A stretch of 64,000 bases of DNA from Eledone cirrhosa (Eukaryota), in the NCBI GenBank assembly GCA_964016885.1, contig OZ024744.1, positions 48,174,001 through 48,238,000 on the forward strand. The letters are read 5' to 3'. The position numbers were made by a program, and so were the translations under genes. Under the pieces are notes generated by a model. The model saw only the letters and a list, made by a program, of their open reading frames with translations. It was not told the DNA's origin and searched no databases. Numbering within the stretch: position 1 is the stretch's first letter; the number at the start of each line of letters is the position of its first letter. Below are positions 32,801 to 49,400 of the stretch, one piece after another.

Positions 32801-35800
32801 GACCAGAACACCAACCACATCACATTAGACTATCAAGACCAGAACACCAACCACATCACATTAGACTATCAAGACCAGAACACCAACCACATCACATTAG
32901 ACTATCAAGACCATAACACCAACCACATTAGACTATCAAGACCATAACACCAACCACATTAGACTATCAAGACCAGAACACCAACCACATTAGACTATCA
33001 AGACCAGAACACCAACCACATTAGACTATCAAGACCAGAACACCAACCACATCACATAAGACTATCAAGACCAGAACATAAACCACATCACATTAGACTA
33101 TCAAGACCAGAACACCAACCACATCACATTAGACTATCAAGACCAGAACACCAACCACATCACATTAGACCATCAAGACCAGAACACCAACCACATCACA
33201 TTAGACTATCAAGACCAGAACACCAACCACATCACATTAGACTATCAAGACCAGAACACCAACCACATTAGACTATCAAGACCAGAACACCAACCACATT
33301 AGACTATCAAGACCAGAACACCAACCACATTAGACTATCAAGACCAGAACACCAACCACATCACATAAGACTATCAAGACCAGAACATAAACCACATCAC
33401 ATTAGACTATCAAGACCAGAACACCAACCACATCACATTAGACGATCAAGACCAGAACACCAACCACATCACATTAGACTATCAAGACCAGAACACTAAC
33501 CACATTAGACTATCAAGACCAGAACACCAACCACATTAGACTAGCAAGACCAGAACACCAACCACATTAGACTATCAAGACCAGAACACCAACCACATTA
33601 GACTATCAAGACCAGAACTCCAACCACATTAGACTATCAAGACCAGAACACCAACCACATCACATTAGACTATCAAGACCAGAACACCAACCACATTAGA
33701 CTATCAAGACCAGAACACCAACAATATCATTTTAGACTATCAAGACCAGAACACCAACCACATTAGACTATCAAGACCAGAACACCAACAACATTAGACT
33801 ATCAAGACCAGAACACCAACCACATCACATTAGACTATCAAGACCAGAACACCAACCACGTTAGACTATCAAGACCAGAACACCAACCACATCACATTTG
33901 ACTATCAAGACCAGAACACCAACCACATCACATTAGACTATCAAGACCAGAACACAAACCACATCACATTAGACTATCAAGACCAGAACACCAACCACAT
34001 CACATTAGACTATCAAGACCAGAACACCAACCACATTAGACTATCAAGACCAGAACTCCAACCACATTAGACTATCAAGAGAAGAACACCAACCACATCA
34101 CTTTAGACTATCAAGACCAGAACACCAACCACATTAGACTATCAAGACCAGAACTCCAACCACATTAGACTATCAAGACCAGAACACCAACAACATTAGA
34201 CTATCAACACCAGAACAGCAACCACATTAGTCTATCAAGACCAGAACTCCAACCACATTAGACTATCAAGACCAGAACACCAACCACATTAGACTATCAA
34301 GACCAGAACACCAACCACATCACATTTGACTATCAAGAACAGAACACCAACCACATCACATTAGACTATCAAGACCAGAAAACCAACCACATCACATTAG
34401 ACTATCAAGACCAGAACACCAACCACATCACATTAGACTATCAAGACCAGAACACCAACCACATTAGACTATCAAGACCAGAACACCAACCACATCACAT
34501 TAGACTATCAAGACCAGAACACCAACCACATTATACTATCAAGACCAGAACACCAACCACATTAGACTATCAAGACCAGAACACCAACCACATTAGACTA
34601 TCAAGACCAGAACACCAACCACATTAGACTATCAAGACCAGAACACCAACCACATCACATTAGACTATCAAGACCAGAACACCAACCACATTAGACTATC
34701 AAGACCAGAACACCAACCACATTAGACTATCAAGACCAGAACACCAACCACATTAGACTATCAAGACCAGAACACCAACCACATCACATTAGACTATCAA
34801 GACCAGAACACCAACCACATTAGACTATCAAGACCAGAACACCAACCACATTAGACTATCAAGACCAGAACACCAACCACATCACATTAGACTATCAAGA
34901 CCAGAACACCAACCACATTAGACTATCAAGACCAGAACACCAACCACATCAGATTAGACTATCCTGACCAGAACACCAACCACATTAGACAATCAAGAAC
35001 AGAACTCCAACCACATTACAATATCAAGACCAGAACACCAACCACATCACATTAGACTATCAAGACCAGAACACCAACCACATCACATTAGACTATCAAG
35101 ACCAGAACACCAAACACATTAGACTATCATGACCAGAACACCAACCACATTAGACTATCAAGACCATAACACCAACCACATCACATCAGACTATCAAGAG
35201 CAGAACACCAACCACATTAGACTATCAAGACCAGAACACCAACCACATTAGACTATCAAGACCAGAACACCAACCACATTAGACTATCAAGACCAGAACA
35301 CCAACCACATTAGACTATCAAGACCAGAACACCAACCACATTAGACTATCAAGACCAGAACACCAACCACATTAGACTATCAAGACCAGAACACCAACCA
35401 CATTAGACTATCAAGACCAGAACACCAACCACATCACATAAGACTATCAAGACCAGAACATAAACCACATCACATTAGACTATCAAGACCAGAACACCAA
35501 CCACATCACATTAGACTATCAAGACCAGAACACCAACCACATCACATTAGACTATCAAGACCTGAACACCAACCACATCACATTAGACTATCAAGACCAG
35601 AACACCAACCACATTAGACTATCAAGACCAGAACACCAACCACATTAGACTATCAAGACCAGAACACCAACCACATTAGACTATCAAGACCAGAACACCA
35701 ACCACATTAGACTATCAAGACCAGAACGCCAACCACATTAGACTATCAAGTCCAGAACACCAACCACATTAGACTATCAACACCAGAACACCAACCACAT

Positions 35801-37470
35801 TAGACTATCAAGACCAGAACACCAACAACATCACATTAGACTATCAAGACCAGAACACCAACCACATCACATTAGACTATCAAGACCAGAACACCAACCA
35901 CATTAGACTATCAAGACCAGAACACCAACACATCACATTAGACTATCAAGACCAGAACACCAACCACATCACAGTAGACTATCCTGACCAGAACACCAAC
36001 CACATTAGACTATCAAGACCAGAACTCCAACCACATTAGACTGTCAAGACCAGAACACCAACCACATCACATTAGACTATCAAGACCAGAACACCAACCA
36101 CATTAGACTATCAAGACCAGAACACCAACCACATCACATTAGACTATCAAGACCAGAACACCAACCACATCACATTAGACTATCAAGACCAGAACACCAA
36201 CCACATCACATTAGACTATCAAGACCATAACACAAACCACATTAGACTATCAAGACCATAACACCAACCACATTAGACTATCAAGACCAGAACACCAACC
36301 ACATTAGACTATCAAGACCAGAACACCAACCACATCACATAAGACTATCAAGACCAGAACATAAACCACATCACATTAGACTATCAAGACCAGAACACCA
36401 ACCACATCACATTAGACTATCAAGACCAGAACACCAACCACATTAGACTATCAAGGACAGAACACCAACCATATTAGACTATCAAGACCAGAACACCAAC
36501 CACATTAGACTATCAACAACAGAACACCAACCACATTAGACTATCAAGAACAGAACACCAACCACATTAGACTATCAAGACCAGAACACCAACCACATCA
36601 CATTAGCCTATCAAGAACAGAACACCAACCACATCACATTAGACTATCAAGACCAGAACACCAACCACATTAGACTATCAAGACCAGAACTCCAACCACA
36701 TCACATTAGACTATCAAGACCAGAACACCAACCACATTAGACTATCAAGACCAGAACACCAACCACATCACATTAGACTATCAAGACCAGAACACCAACC
36801 ACATCACATTAGACTATCAAGACCAGAACACCAACCACATCACATTAGACTATCAAGACCATAACACCAACCACATTAGACTATCAAGACCATAACACCA
36901 ACCACATTAGACTATCAAGACCAGAACACCAACCACATTAGACTATCAAGACCAGAACACCAACCACATTAGACTATCAAGACCAGAACACCAACCACAT
37001 CACATAAGACTATCAAGACCAGAACATAAACCACATCACATTAGACTATCAAGACCAGAACACCAACCACATCACATTAGACTATCAAGACCAGAACACC
37101 AACCACATCACATTAGACCATCAAGACCAGAACACCAACCACATCACATTAGACTATCAAGACCAGAACACCAACCACATCACATTAGACTATCAAGACC
37201 AGAACACCAACCACATTAGACTATCAAGACCAGAACACCAACCACATTAGACTATCAAGACCAGAACACCAACCACATTAGACTATCAAGACCAGAACAC
37301 CAACCACATCACATAAGACTATCAAGACCAGAACATAAACCACATCACATTAGACTATCAAGACCAGAACACCAACCACATCACATTAGACTATCAAGAC
37401 CAGAACACCAACCACATCACATTAGACTATCAAGACCAGAACACTAACCACATTAGACTATCAAGACCAG
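16140..37470 (+). repeat. 15,694 bp higher-order period (~16.1-21.8 kb repeated at ~31.8-37.5 kb; the series continues after 52.1 kb)
   Basis: Offset 15,694 for the 35 bp monomer 16252/31946, AGGACAG 16812/32506, GACGATC 17747/33441 and AAGTCC 20054/35748. The continuation TTTTAGACTACC 21991/52322 has offset 30,331 = 15,694 + 14,637. Confidence 0.88.
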
Positions 37471-40400
37471 AACACCAACCACATTAGACTATCAAGACCA
37501 GAACACCAACCACATTAGACTATCAAGACCAGAACACCAACCACATCACATTAGACTATCAAGACCAGAACACCAACCACATTAGACTATCAAGACCAGA
37601 ACACCAACCACATTAGACTATCAAGACCAGAACACCAACCACATTAGACTATCAAGACCAGAACACCAACCACATCACATTAGACTATCAAGACCAGAAC
37701 ACCAACCACATTAGACTATCAAGACCAGAACACCAACCACATTAGACTATCAAGACCAGAACACCAACCACATCACATTAGACTATCAAGACCAGAACAC
37801 CAACCACATTAGACTATCAAGACCAGAACACCAACCACATCAGATTAGACTATCCTGACCAGAACACCAACCACATTAGACAATCAAGAACAGAACTCCA
37901 ACCACATTACAATATCAAGACCAGAACACCAACCACATCACATTAGACTATCAAGACCAGAACACCAACCACATCACATTAGACTATCAAGACCAGAACA
38001 CCAAACACATTAGACTATCATGACCATAACACCAACCACATTAGACTATCAAGACCATAACACCAACCACATCACATCAGACTATCAAGAGCAGAACACC
38101 AACCACATTAGACTATCAAGACCAGAACACCAACCACATTAGACTATCAAGACCAGAACAACAACCACATTAGACTATCAAGACCAGAACACCAACCACA
38201 TTAGACTATCAAGACCAGAACACCAACCACATTAGACTATCAAGACCAGAACACCAACCACATTAGACTATCAAGACCAGAACACCAACCACATTAGACT
38301 ATCAAGACCAGAACACCAACCACATCACATAAGACTATCAAGACCAGAACATAAACCACATCACATTAGACTATCAAGACCAGAACACCAACCACATCAC
38401 ATTAGACTATCAAGACCAGAACACCAACCACATCACATTAGACTATCAAGACCTGAACACCAACCACATCACATTAGACTATCAAGACCAGAACACCAAC
38501 AACATCACATTAGACTATCAAGACCAGAACACCAACCACATTAGACTATCAAGAACAGAACACCAACAACATTAGACTATCAAGACCATAACACCAACCA
38601 CATTAGACTATCAAGAACAGAACACCAACCACATTAGACTATCAAGACCAGAACACCAACAACAATAGACTATCAAGACCAGAACACCAACCACATTAGA
38701 CTATCAAGAACAGAACACCAACCACATTAGACTATCAAGACAAGAACACCAACCACATTAGACTATCAAGAACAGAACACCAACCACATTAGACTATCAA
38801 GAACAGAACACCAACCACATTAGACTATCAAGAACAGAACACCAACCACATCACATTAGCCTATCAAGAACAGAACACCAACCACATTAGACTATCAAGA
38901 CCAGAACACCAACCACATTAGACTATCAAAACCAGAACACCAACCACATCACATTAGACTATCAAGACCAGAACACCAACCACATTAGACTATCAAGACC
39001 AGAACACCAACCACATCACATTAGAATATCCAGACCAGAACACCAACCATATCACATTAGACTATCAAGACCTGAACACCAACAACATCACATTAGACTA
39101 TCAAGACCAGAACACCAACAACATCACATTAGACTATCAAGACCAGAACACCAACCACATTAGACTATCAAGAACATAACACCAACAACATTAGACTATC
39201 AAGAACATAACACCAACCACATTAGACTATCAAGAACAGAACACCAACCACATTAGACTATCAAGAACAGAACACCAACCACATTAGACTATCAAGACCA
39301 GAACACCAACCACATCACATTAGCCTATCAAGAACAGAACACCAACCACATTAGACTATCAATACCAGAACACCAACCACATTAGACTATCAAGAACAGA
39401 ACACAAACCACATTAGACCATCAAGACCAGAACACCAACCACATTAGACTATCAAGACCAGAACACCAAACACATTACACTATCAAGAACAGAACACCAA
39501 CCACATTAGACTATCAAGAACAGAACACCAACCACATTAGACTATCAAGAACAGAACACCAACCACATTAGACTATCAAGAACAGAACACCAACCACATT
39601 AGACTATCAAGAACAGAACACCAACCACATTAGACTATCAAGAACAGAACACAAACCACATTAGACTATCAAGACCAGAACATTAACAACATCACATAGT
39701 CTATCAAGACCAGAACACCAACAACATCACATTAGACTATCAAGACCAGAACACCACCCACATCACATTAGACTATCAAGACCAGAACACCAAACACATC
39801 ACATTAGACTATCAAGACCAGAACACCAACCACATTAGACTACCAAGACCAGAACACCAACCACATCACATTGGACTATTAAGACCAGAACACCAACCAC
39901 ATTAGACTATCAAGACCAGAACTCCAACCACATTAGACTATCAAGACCAGAACACTAACCACATCACATTAGACTATCAAAACCATAACACCAACCACAT
40001 TAGACTATCAAGACCATAACACCAACCACATTAGACTATCAAGACCAGAACAACAACTAGATCACATTAGACTATCAAGACCAGAACATCAACAATATCA
40101 TTTTAGACTATCAAGACCAGAACACCAACAACATACCATTAGACTATCAAGACCAGAACACCAACCACATCACATTAGACTATCAAGACCAGAACACCAA
40201 CCACATCACATTAGACTATCAAGACCAGAACACCAACCACATCACATTAGACTATCAAGACGTGAACACCAACCACATTAGACTATCAAGACCAGAACAC
40301 CAACCACATTAGACTATCAAGACCAGAACACCAACCACATTAGACTATCAAGACCAGAACACCAACCACATCACATTAGACTATCAAGACCAGAACACCA

Positions 40401-43400
40401 ACCACATTAGATTTCAAGACCAGAACACCAACCACATTATACTATCAAGACCAGAACACCAACCACATCACATTAGAATATCAAGACCAGAACACCAACC
40501 ACATTAGACTATCAAGACCAGAACACCAACCACATCACATTAGACTATCAAGAACAGAACACCAACCACATCACATTAGACTATCAAGACCAGTACACCA
40601 ACCACATCACATTAGACTATCAAGACCAGAACACCAACCACATCACATTAGACTATCAAGACGTGAACACCAACCACATTAGACTATCAAGACCAGAACA
40701 CCAACAACATTAGACTATCAAGACCAGAACACCAACCACATTAGACTATCAAGACCAGAACACCAACCACATCACATTAGACTATCAAGACCAGAACACC
40801 AACAACATCACATTAGACTACCAAGACCATAACACCAACCATATTAGACTATCAAGACCAGAACACCAACCACATCACATTAGACTATCAAGACCAGAAC
40901 ACCAAACACATTAGACTATCAAGACCAGAACACCAATCACATTAGACTATCAAGACCAGAACACCAACCACATCACATTAGAATATCAAGACCAGAACAC
41001 CAACCACATTAGACTATCAAGACCAGAACACCAACCACATCACATTAGACTATCAAGACCAGAACACCAACCACATTAGACTATCAAGAACAGAACACCA
41101 ACCACATTAGACTATCAAGAAAAGAACACCAACCACATTAGACTATCAAGACCAGAACACCAACCACATCACATTAGACTATCAAGACCAGAACACTAAC
41201 CACATTAGACTATCAAGACCAGAACACTAACAACATCACATAGTCTATCAAGACCAGAACACCAACAACATCACATTAGACTATAAAGACCAGAACACCA
41301 ACAACATCACATTAGACTATCAAGACCAGAATACCACCCACATCACATTAGACTATCAAAACCAGAACACCAAACACATCACATAAGACTATCAAGACCA
41401 GAACACCAACCACATTAGACTACCATGACCAGAACAACAACCACATCACATTAGACTATTAAGACCAGAACACCAACCACATCACATTAGACTATCAAGA
41501 CCAGAACACCAACCACATTAGACTATCAAGACCAGAAATCCAACCACATCACATTAGACTATCAAGACCAGAACACCAACCACATTAGACTATCAAGACC
41601 AGAACACCAACCACATCACATTAGACTATCAAGACCAGAACACCAACCACATCACATTAGACTATCAAGACCAGAACACCAACCACATCACATTAGACTA
41701 TCAAGACCATAACACCAACCACATTAGACTATCAAGACCATAACACCAACCACATTAGACTATCAAGACCAGAACACCAACCACATTAGACTATCAAGAC
41801 CAGAACACCAACCACATTAGACTATCAAGACCAGAACACCAACCACATCACATAAGACTATCAAGACCAGAACATAAACCACATCACATTAGACTATCAA
41901 GACCAGAACACCAACCACATCACATTAGACTATCAAGACCAGAACACCAACCACATCACATTAGACCATCAAGACCAGAACACCAACCACATCACATTAG
42001 ACTATCAAGACCAGAACACCAACCACATCACATTAGACTATCAAGACCAGAACACCAACCACATTAGACTATCAAGACCAGAACACCAACCACATTAGAC
42101 TATCAAGACCAGAACACCAACCACATTAGACTATCAAGACCAGAACACCAACCACATCACATAAGACTATCAAGACCAGAACATAAACCACATCACATTA
42201 GACTATCAAGACCAGAACACCAACCACATCACATTAGACTATCAAGACCAGAACACCAACCACATCACATTAGACTATCAAGACCAGAACACTAACCACA
42301 TTAGACTATCAAGACCAGAACACCAACCACATTAGACTATCAAGACCAGAACACCAAACACATTAGACTATCAAGACCAGAACACCAACCACATTAGACT
42401 ATCAAGACCAGAACTCCAACCACATTAGACTATCAAGACCAGAATACCAACCACATCACATTAGACTATCAAGACCAGAACACCAACAACATCACATTAG
42501 ACTATCAAGACCAGAACACCAACAATATCATTTTAGACTATCAAGACCAGAACACCAACCACATTAGACTATCAAGACCAGAACACCAACAACATTAGAC
42601 TATCAAGACCAGAACACCAACCACATCACATTAGACTATCAAGACCAGAACACCAACCACGTTAGACTATCAAGACCAGAACACCAACCACATCACATTT
42701 GACTATCAAGACCAGAACACCAACCACATCACATTAGACTATCAAGACCAGAACACAAACCACATCACATTAGACTATCAAGACCAGAACACCAACCACA
42801 TCACATTAGACTATCAAGACCAGAACACCAACCACATTAGACTATCAAGACCAGAACTCCAACCACATTAGACTATCAAGAGAAGAACACCAACCACATC
42901 ACATTAGACTATCAAGACCAGAACACCAACCACATTAGACTATCAAGACCAGAACTCCAACCACATTAGACTATCAAGACCAGAACACCAACAACATTAG
43001 ACTATCAACACCAGAACACCAACCACATTAGACTATCAAGACCAGAACTCCAACCACATTAGACTATCAAGACCAGAACACCAACCACATTAGACTATCA
43101 AGACCAGAACACCAACCACATCACATTTGACTATCAAGACCAGAACACCAACCACATCACATTAGACTATCAAGACCATAACACCAACCACATTAGACTA
43201 TCAAGACCATAACACCAACCACATTAGACTATCAAGACCAGAACAACAACTAGATCACATTAGACTATCAAGACCAGAACATCAACAATATCATTTTAGA
43301 CTATCAAGACCAGAACACCAACAAAATCACATTAGACTATCAAGACCAGAACACCAACCACATCACATTAGACTATCAAGACCAGAACACCAACCACATC

Positions 43401-46400
43401 ACATTAGACTATCAAGACCAGAACACCAACCACATCACATTAGACTATCAAGACGTGAACACCAACCACATTAGACTATCAAGACCAGAACACCAACCAC
43501 ATTAGACTATCAAGACCAGAACACCAACCACATTAGACTATCAAGACCAAAACACCAACCACATCACATTAGACTATCAAGACCAGAACACCAACCACAT
43601 TAGATTTCAAGACCAGAACACCAACCACATTATACTATCAAGACCAGAACACCAACCACATCACATTAGACTATCAAGAACAGAACACCAACCACATCAG
43701 ATTAGACTATCAAGACCAGAACACCAACCACATCACATTAGACTATCAAGACCAGAACACCAACCACATCACATTAGACTATCAAGACGTGAACACCAAC
43801 CACATTAGACTATCAAGACCAGAACACCAACCACATTAGACTATCAAGACCAGAACACCAACCACATTAGACTATCAAGACCAGAACACCAACCACATCA
43901 CATTAGACTATCAAGACCAGAACACCAACAACATCACATTAGACTATCAAGACCATAACAGCAACCATATTAGACTATCAAGACCAGAACACCAACCACA
44001 TCACGTTAGACTATCAAGACCAGAACACCAACCACATTAGACTATCAAGACCAGAAAACCAACCACATTAGACTATCAAGACCAGAACACCAACCACATC
44101 ACATTAGAATATCAAGACCAGAACACCAACCACATTAGACTATCAAGACCAGAACACCAACCACATCACATTAGACTATCAAAACCAGAACACCAACCAC
44201 ATTAGACTATCAAGAACAGAACACCAACCACATTAGACTATCAAGAACAGAACACCAACCTCATTAGACTATCAAGACCAGAACACCAACCACATCACAT
44301 TAGACTATCAAGACCAGAACACTAACAACATCACATAGTCTATCAAGACCAGAACACCAACAACATCACATTAGACTATAAAGACCAGAACACCAACAAC
44401 ATCACATTAGACTATCAAGACCAGAACACCACCCACATCACATTAGACTATCAAAACCAGAACACCAAACACATCACATAAGACTATCAAGACCAGAACA
44501 CCAACCACATTAGACTACCATGACCAGAACAACAACCACATCACATTAGACTATTAAGACCAGAACACCAACCACATCACATTAGACTATCAAGACCAGA
44601 ACACCAACCACATTAGACTATCAAGACCAGAACTCCAACCACATCACATTAGACTATCAAGACCAGAACACCAACCACATTAGACTATCAAGACCAGAAC
44701 ACCAACCACATCACATTAGACTATCAAGACCAGAACACCAACCACATCACATTAGAATATCAAGACCAGAACACCAACCACATCACATTAGACTATCAAG
44801 ACCATAACACCAACCACATTAGACTATCAAGACCATAACACCAACCACATTAGACTATCAAGACCAGAACACCAACCACATTAGACTATCAAGACCAGAA
44901 CACCAACCACATTAGACTATCAAGACCAGAACACCAACCACATCACATAAGACTATCAAGACCAGAACATAAACCACATCACATTAGACTATCAAGACCA
45001 GAACACCAACCACATCACATTAGACTATCAAGACCAGAACACCAACCACATCACATTAGACTATCAAGAGCAGAACACCAACCACATCACATTAGACTAT
45101 CAAGACCAGAACACCAACCACATCACATTAGACTATCAAGACCAGAACACCAGCCACATTAGACTATCAAGACCAGAACACCAACTACATTAGACTATCA
45201 AGACCAGAACACCAACCACATTAGACTATCAAGACCAGAACACCAACCACATCACATAAGACAATCAAGACCAGAACATAAACCACATCACATTAGACTA
45301 TCAAGACCAGAACACCAACCACATCACATTAGACTATCAAGACCAGAACACCAACCACATCACATTAGACTATCAAGACCAGAACACTAACCACATTAGA
45401 CTATCAAGACCAGAACACCAACCACATTAGACTATCAAGACCAGAACACCAACCACATCACATTAGACTATCAAGACCAGAACACCAACCACATTAGACT
45501 ATCAAGACCAGAACACCAACAATATCATTTTAGACTATCAAGACCAGAACACCAACCACATTAGACTATCAAGACCAGAACACCAACAACATTAGACTAT
45601 CAAGACCAGAACACCAACCACATCACATTAGACTATCAAGGCAAGAACACCAACCACATTAGACTATCAAGACCAGAACACCAACCACATCACATTTGAC
45701 TATCAAGACCAGAACACCAACCACATCACATTAGACTATCAAGACCAGAACACAAACCACATCACATTAGACTATCAAGACCAGAACACCAACCACATCA
45801 CATTAGACTATCAAGACCAGAACACCAACCACATTAGACTATCAAGACCAGAACTCCAACCACATTAGACTATCAAGAGAAGAACACCAACCACATCACA
45901 TTAGACTATCAAGACCAGAACACCAACCACATTAGACTATCAAGACCAGAACTCCAACCACATTAGACTATCAAGACCAGAACACCAACAACATTAGACT
46001 ATCAACACCAGAACACCAACCACATTAGACTATCAAGACCAGAACTCCAACCACATTACACTATCAAGACCAGAACACCAACCACATCACATTAGACTAT
46101 CAAGACCAGAACACCAACCACATCACATTAGACTATCAAGACCAGAACACCAACCACATTAGACTATCAAGACCAGAACACCAACCACATTAGACTATCA
46201 AGACCAGAACACCGACCACATCACATTAGACTATCAAGACCAGAACACCAACCACATTAGACTATCAAGACCAGAACACCAACCACATCAGATTAGACTA
46301 TCCTGACCAGAACATCAACCACATTAGACTATCAAGAACAGAACTCCAACCACATTACACTATCAAGACCAGAACACCAACCACATCACATTAGACTATC

Positions 46401-49400
46401 AAGACCAGAACACCAACCACATCACATTAGACTATCAAGACCAGAACACCAACCACATTAGACTATCAAGACCAGAACACCAACAACATCACATTAGACT
46501 ATCAAGACCAGAACACCAACCACATCACATTAGACTATCAAGACCAGAACACCAACCACATTAGACTATCAAGACCAGAACACCAACACATCACATTAGA
46601 CTATCAAGACCAGAACACCAACCACATCACAGTAGACTATCCTGACCAGAACACCAACCACATTAGACTATCAAGACCAGAACTCCAACCACATTAGACT
46701 GTCAAGACCAGAACACCAACCACATCACATTAGACTATCAAGACCAGAACACCAACCACATTAGACTATCAAGACCAGAACACCAACCACATCACATTAG
46801 ACTATCAAGACCAGAACACCAACCACATCACATTAGACTATCAAGACCAGAACACCAACCACATCACATTAGACTATCAAGACCATAACACAAACCACAT
46901 TAGACTATCAAGACCATAACACCAACCACATTAGACTATCAAGACCAGAACACCAACCACATTAGACTATCAAGACCAGAACACCAACCACATTAGACTA
47001 TCAAGACCAGAACACCAACCACATCACATAAGACTATCAAGACCAGAACATAAACCACATCACATTAGACTATCAAGACCAGAACACCAACCACATCACA
47101 TTAGACTATCAAGACCAGAACACCAACCACATTAGACTATCAAGGACAGAACACCAACCATATTAGACTATCAAGACCAGAACACCAACCACATTAGACT
47201 ATCAACAACAGAACACCAACCACATTAGACTATCAAGAACAGAACACCAACCACATTAGACTATCAAGACCAGAACACCAACCACATCACATTAGCCTAT
47301 CAAGAACAGAACACCAACCACATCACATTAGACTATCAAGACCAGAACACCAACCACATTAGACTATCAAGACCAGAACTCCAACCACATCACATTAGAC
47401 TATCAAGACCAGAACACCAACCACATTAGACTATCAAGACCAGAACACCAACCACATCACATTAGACTATCAAGACCAGAACACCAACCACATCACATTA
47501 GACTATCAAGACCAGAACACCAACCACATCACATTAGACTATCAAGACCATAACACCAACCACATTAGACTATCAAGACCATAACACCAACCACATTAGA
47601 CTATCAAGACCAGAACACCAACCACATTAGACTATCAAGACCAGAACACCAACCACATTAGACTATCAAGACCAGAACACCAACCACATCACATAAGACT
47701 ATCAAGACCAGAACATAAACCACATCACATTAGACTATCAAGACCAGAACACCAACCACATCACATTAGACTATCAAGACCAGAACACCAACCACATCAC
47801 ATTAGACCATCAAGACCAGAACACCAACCACATCACATTAGACTATCAAGACCAGAACACCAACCACATCACATTAGACTATCAAGACCAGAACACCAAC
47901 CACATTAGACTATCAAGACCAGAACACCAACCACATTAGACTATCAAGACCAGAACACCAACCACATTAGACTATCAAGACCAGAACACCAACCACATCA
48001 CATAAGACTATCAAGACCAGAACATAAACCACATCACATTAGACTATCAAGACCAGAACACCAACCACATCACATTAGACGATCAAGACCAGAACACCAA
48101 CCACATCACATTAGACTATCAAGACCAGAACACTAACCACATTAGACTATCAAGACCAGAACACCAACCACATTAGACTAGCAAGACCAGAACACCAACC
48201 ACATTAGACTATCAAGACCAGAACACCAACCACATTAGACTATCAAGACCAGAACTCCAACCACATTAGACTATCAAGACCAGAACACCAACCACATCAC
48301 ATTAGACTATCAAGACCAGAACACCAACCACATTAGACTATCAAGACCAGAACACCAACAATATCATTTTAGACTATCAAGACCAGAACACCAACCACAT
48401 TAGACTATCAAGACCAGAACACCAACAACATTAGACTATCAAGACCAGAACACCAACCACATCACATTAGACTATCAAGACCAGAACACCAACCACGTTA
48501 GACTATCAAGACCAGAACACCAACCACATCACATTTGACTATCAAGACCAGAACACCAACCACATCACATTAGACTATCAAGACCAGAACACAAACCACA
48601 TCACATTAGACTATCAAGACCAGAACACCAACCACATCACATTAGACTATCAAGACCAGAACACCAACCACATTAGACTATCAAGACCAGAACTCCAACC
48701 ACATTAGACTATCAAGAGAAGAACACCAACCACATCACTTTAGACTATCAAGACCAGAACACCAACCACATTAGACTATCAAGACCAGAACTCCAACCAC
48801 ATTAGACTATCAAGACCAGAACACCAACAACATTAGACTATCAACACCAGAACAGCAACCACATTAGTCTATCAAGACCAGAACTCCAACCACATTAGAC
48901 TATCAAGACCAGAACACCAACCACATTAGACTATCAAGACCAGAACACCAACCACATCACATTTGACTATCAAGAACAGAACACCAACCACATCACATTA
49001 GACTATCAAGACCAGAAAACCAACCACATCACATTAGACTATCAAGACCAGAACACCAACCACATCACATTAGACTATCAAGACCAGAACACCAACCACA
49101 TTAGACTATCAAGACCAGAACACCAACCACATCACATTAGACTATCAAGACCAGAACACCAACCACATTATACTATCAAGACCAGAACACCAACCACATT
49201 AGACTATCAAGACCAGAACACCAACCACATTAGACTATCAAGACCAGAACACCAACCACATTAGACTATCAAGACCAGAACACCAACCACATCACATTAG
49301 ACTATCAAGACCAGAACACCAACCACATTAGACTATCAAGACCAGAACACCAACCACATTAGACTATCAAGACCAGAACACCAACCACATTAGACTATCA

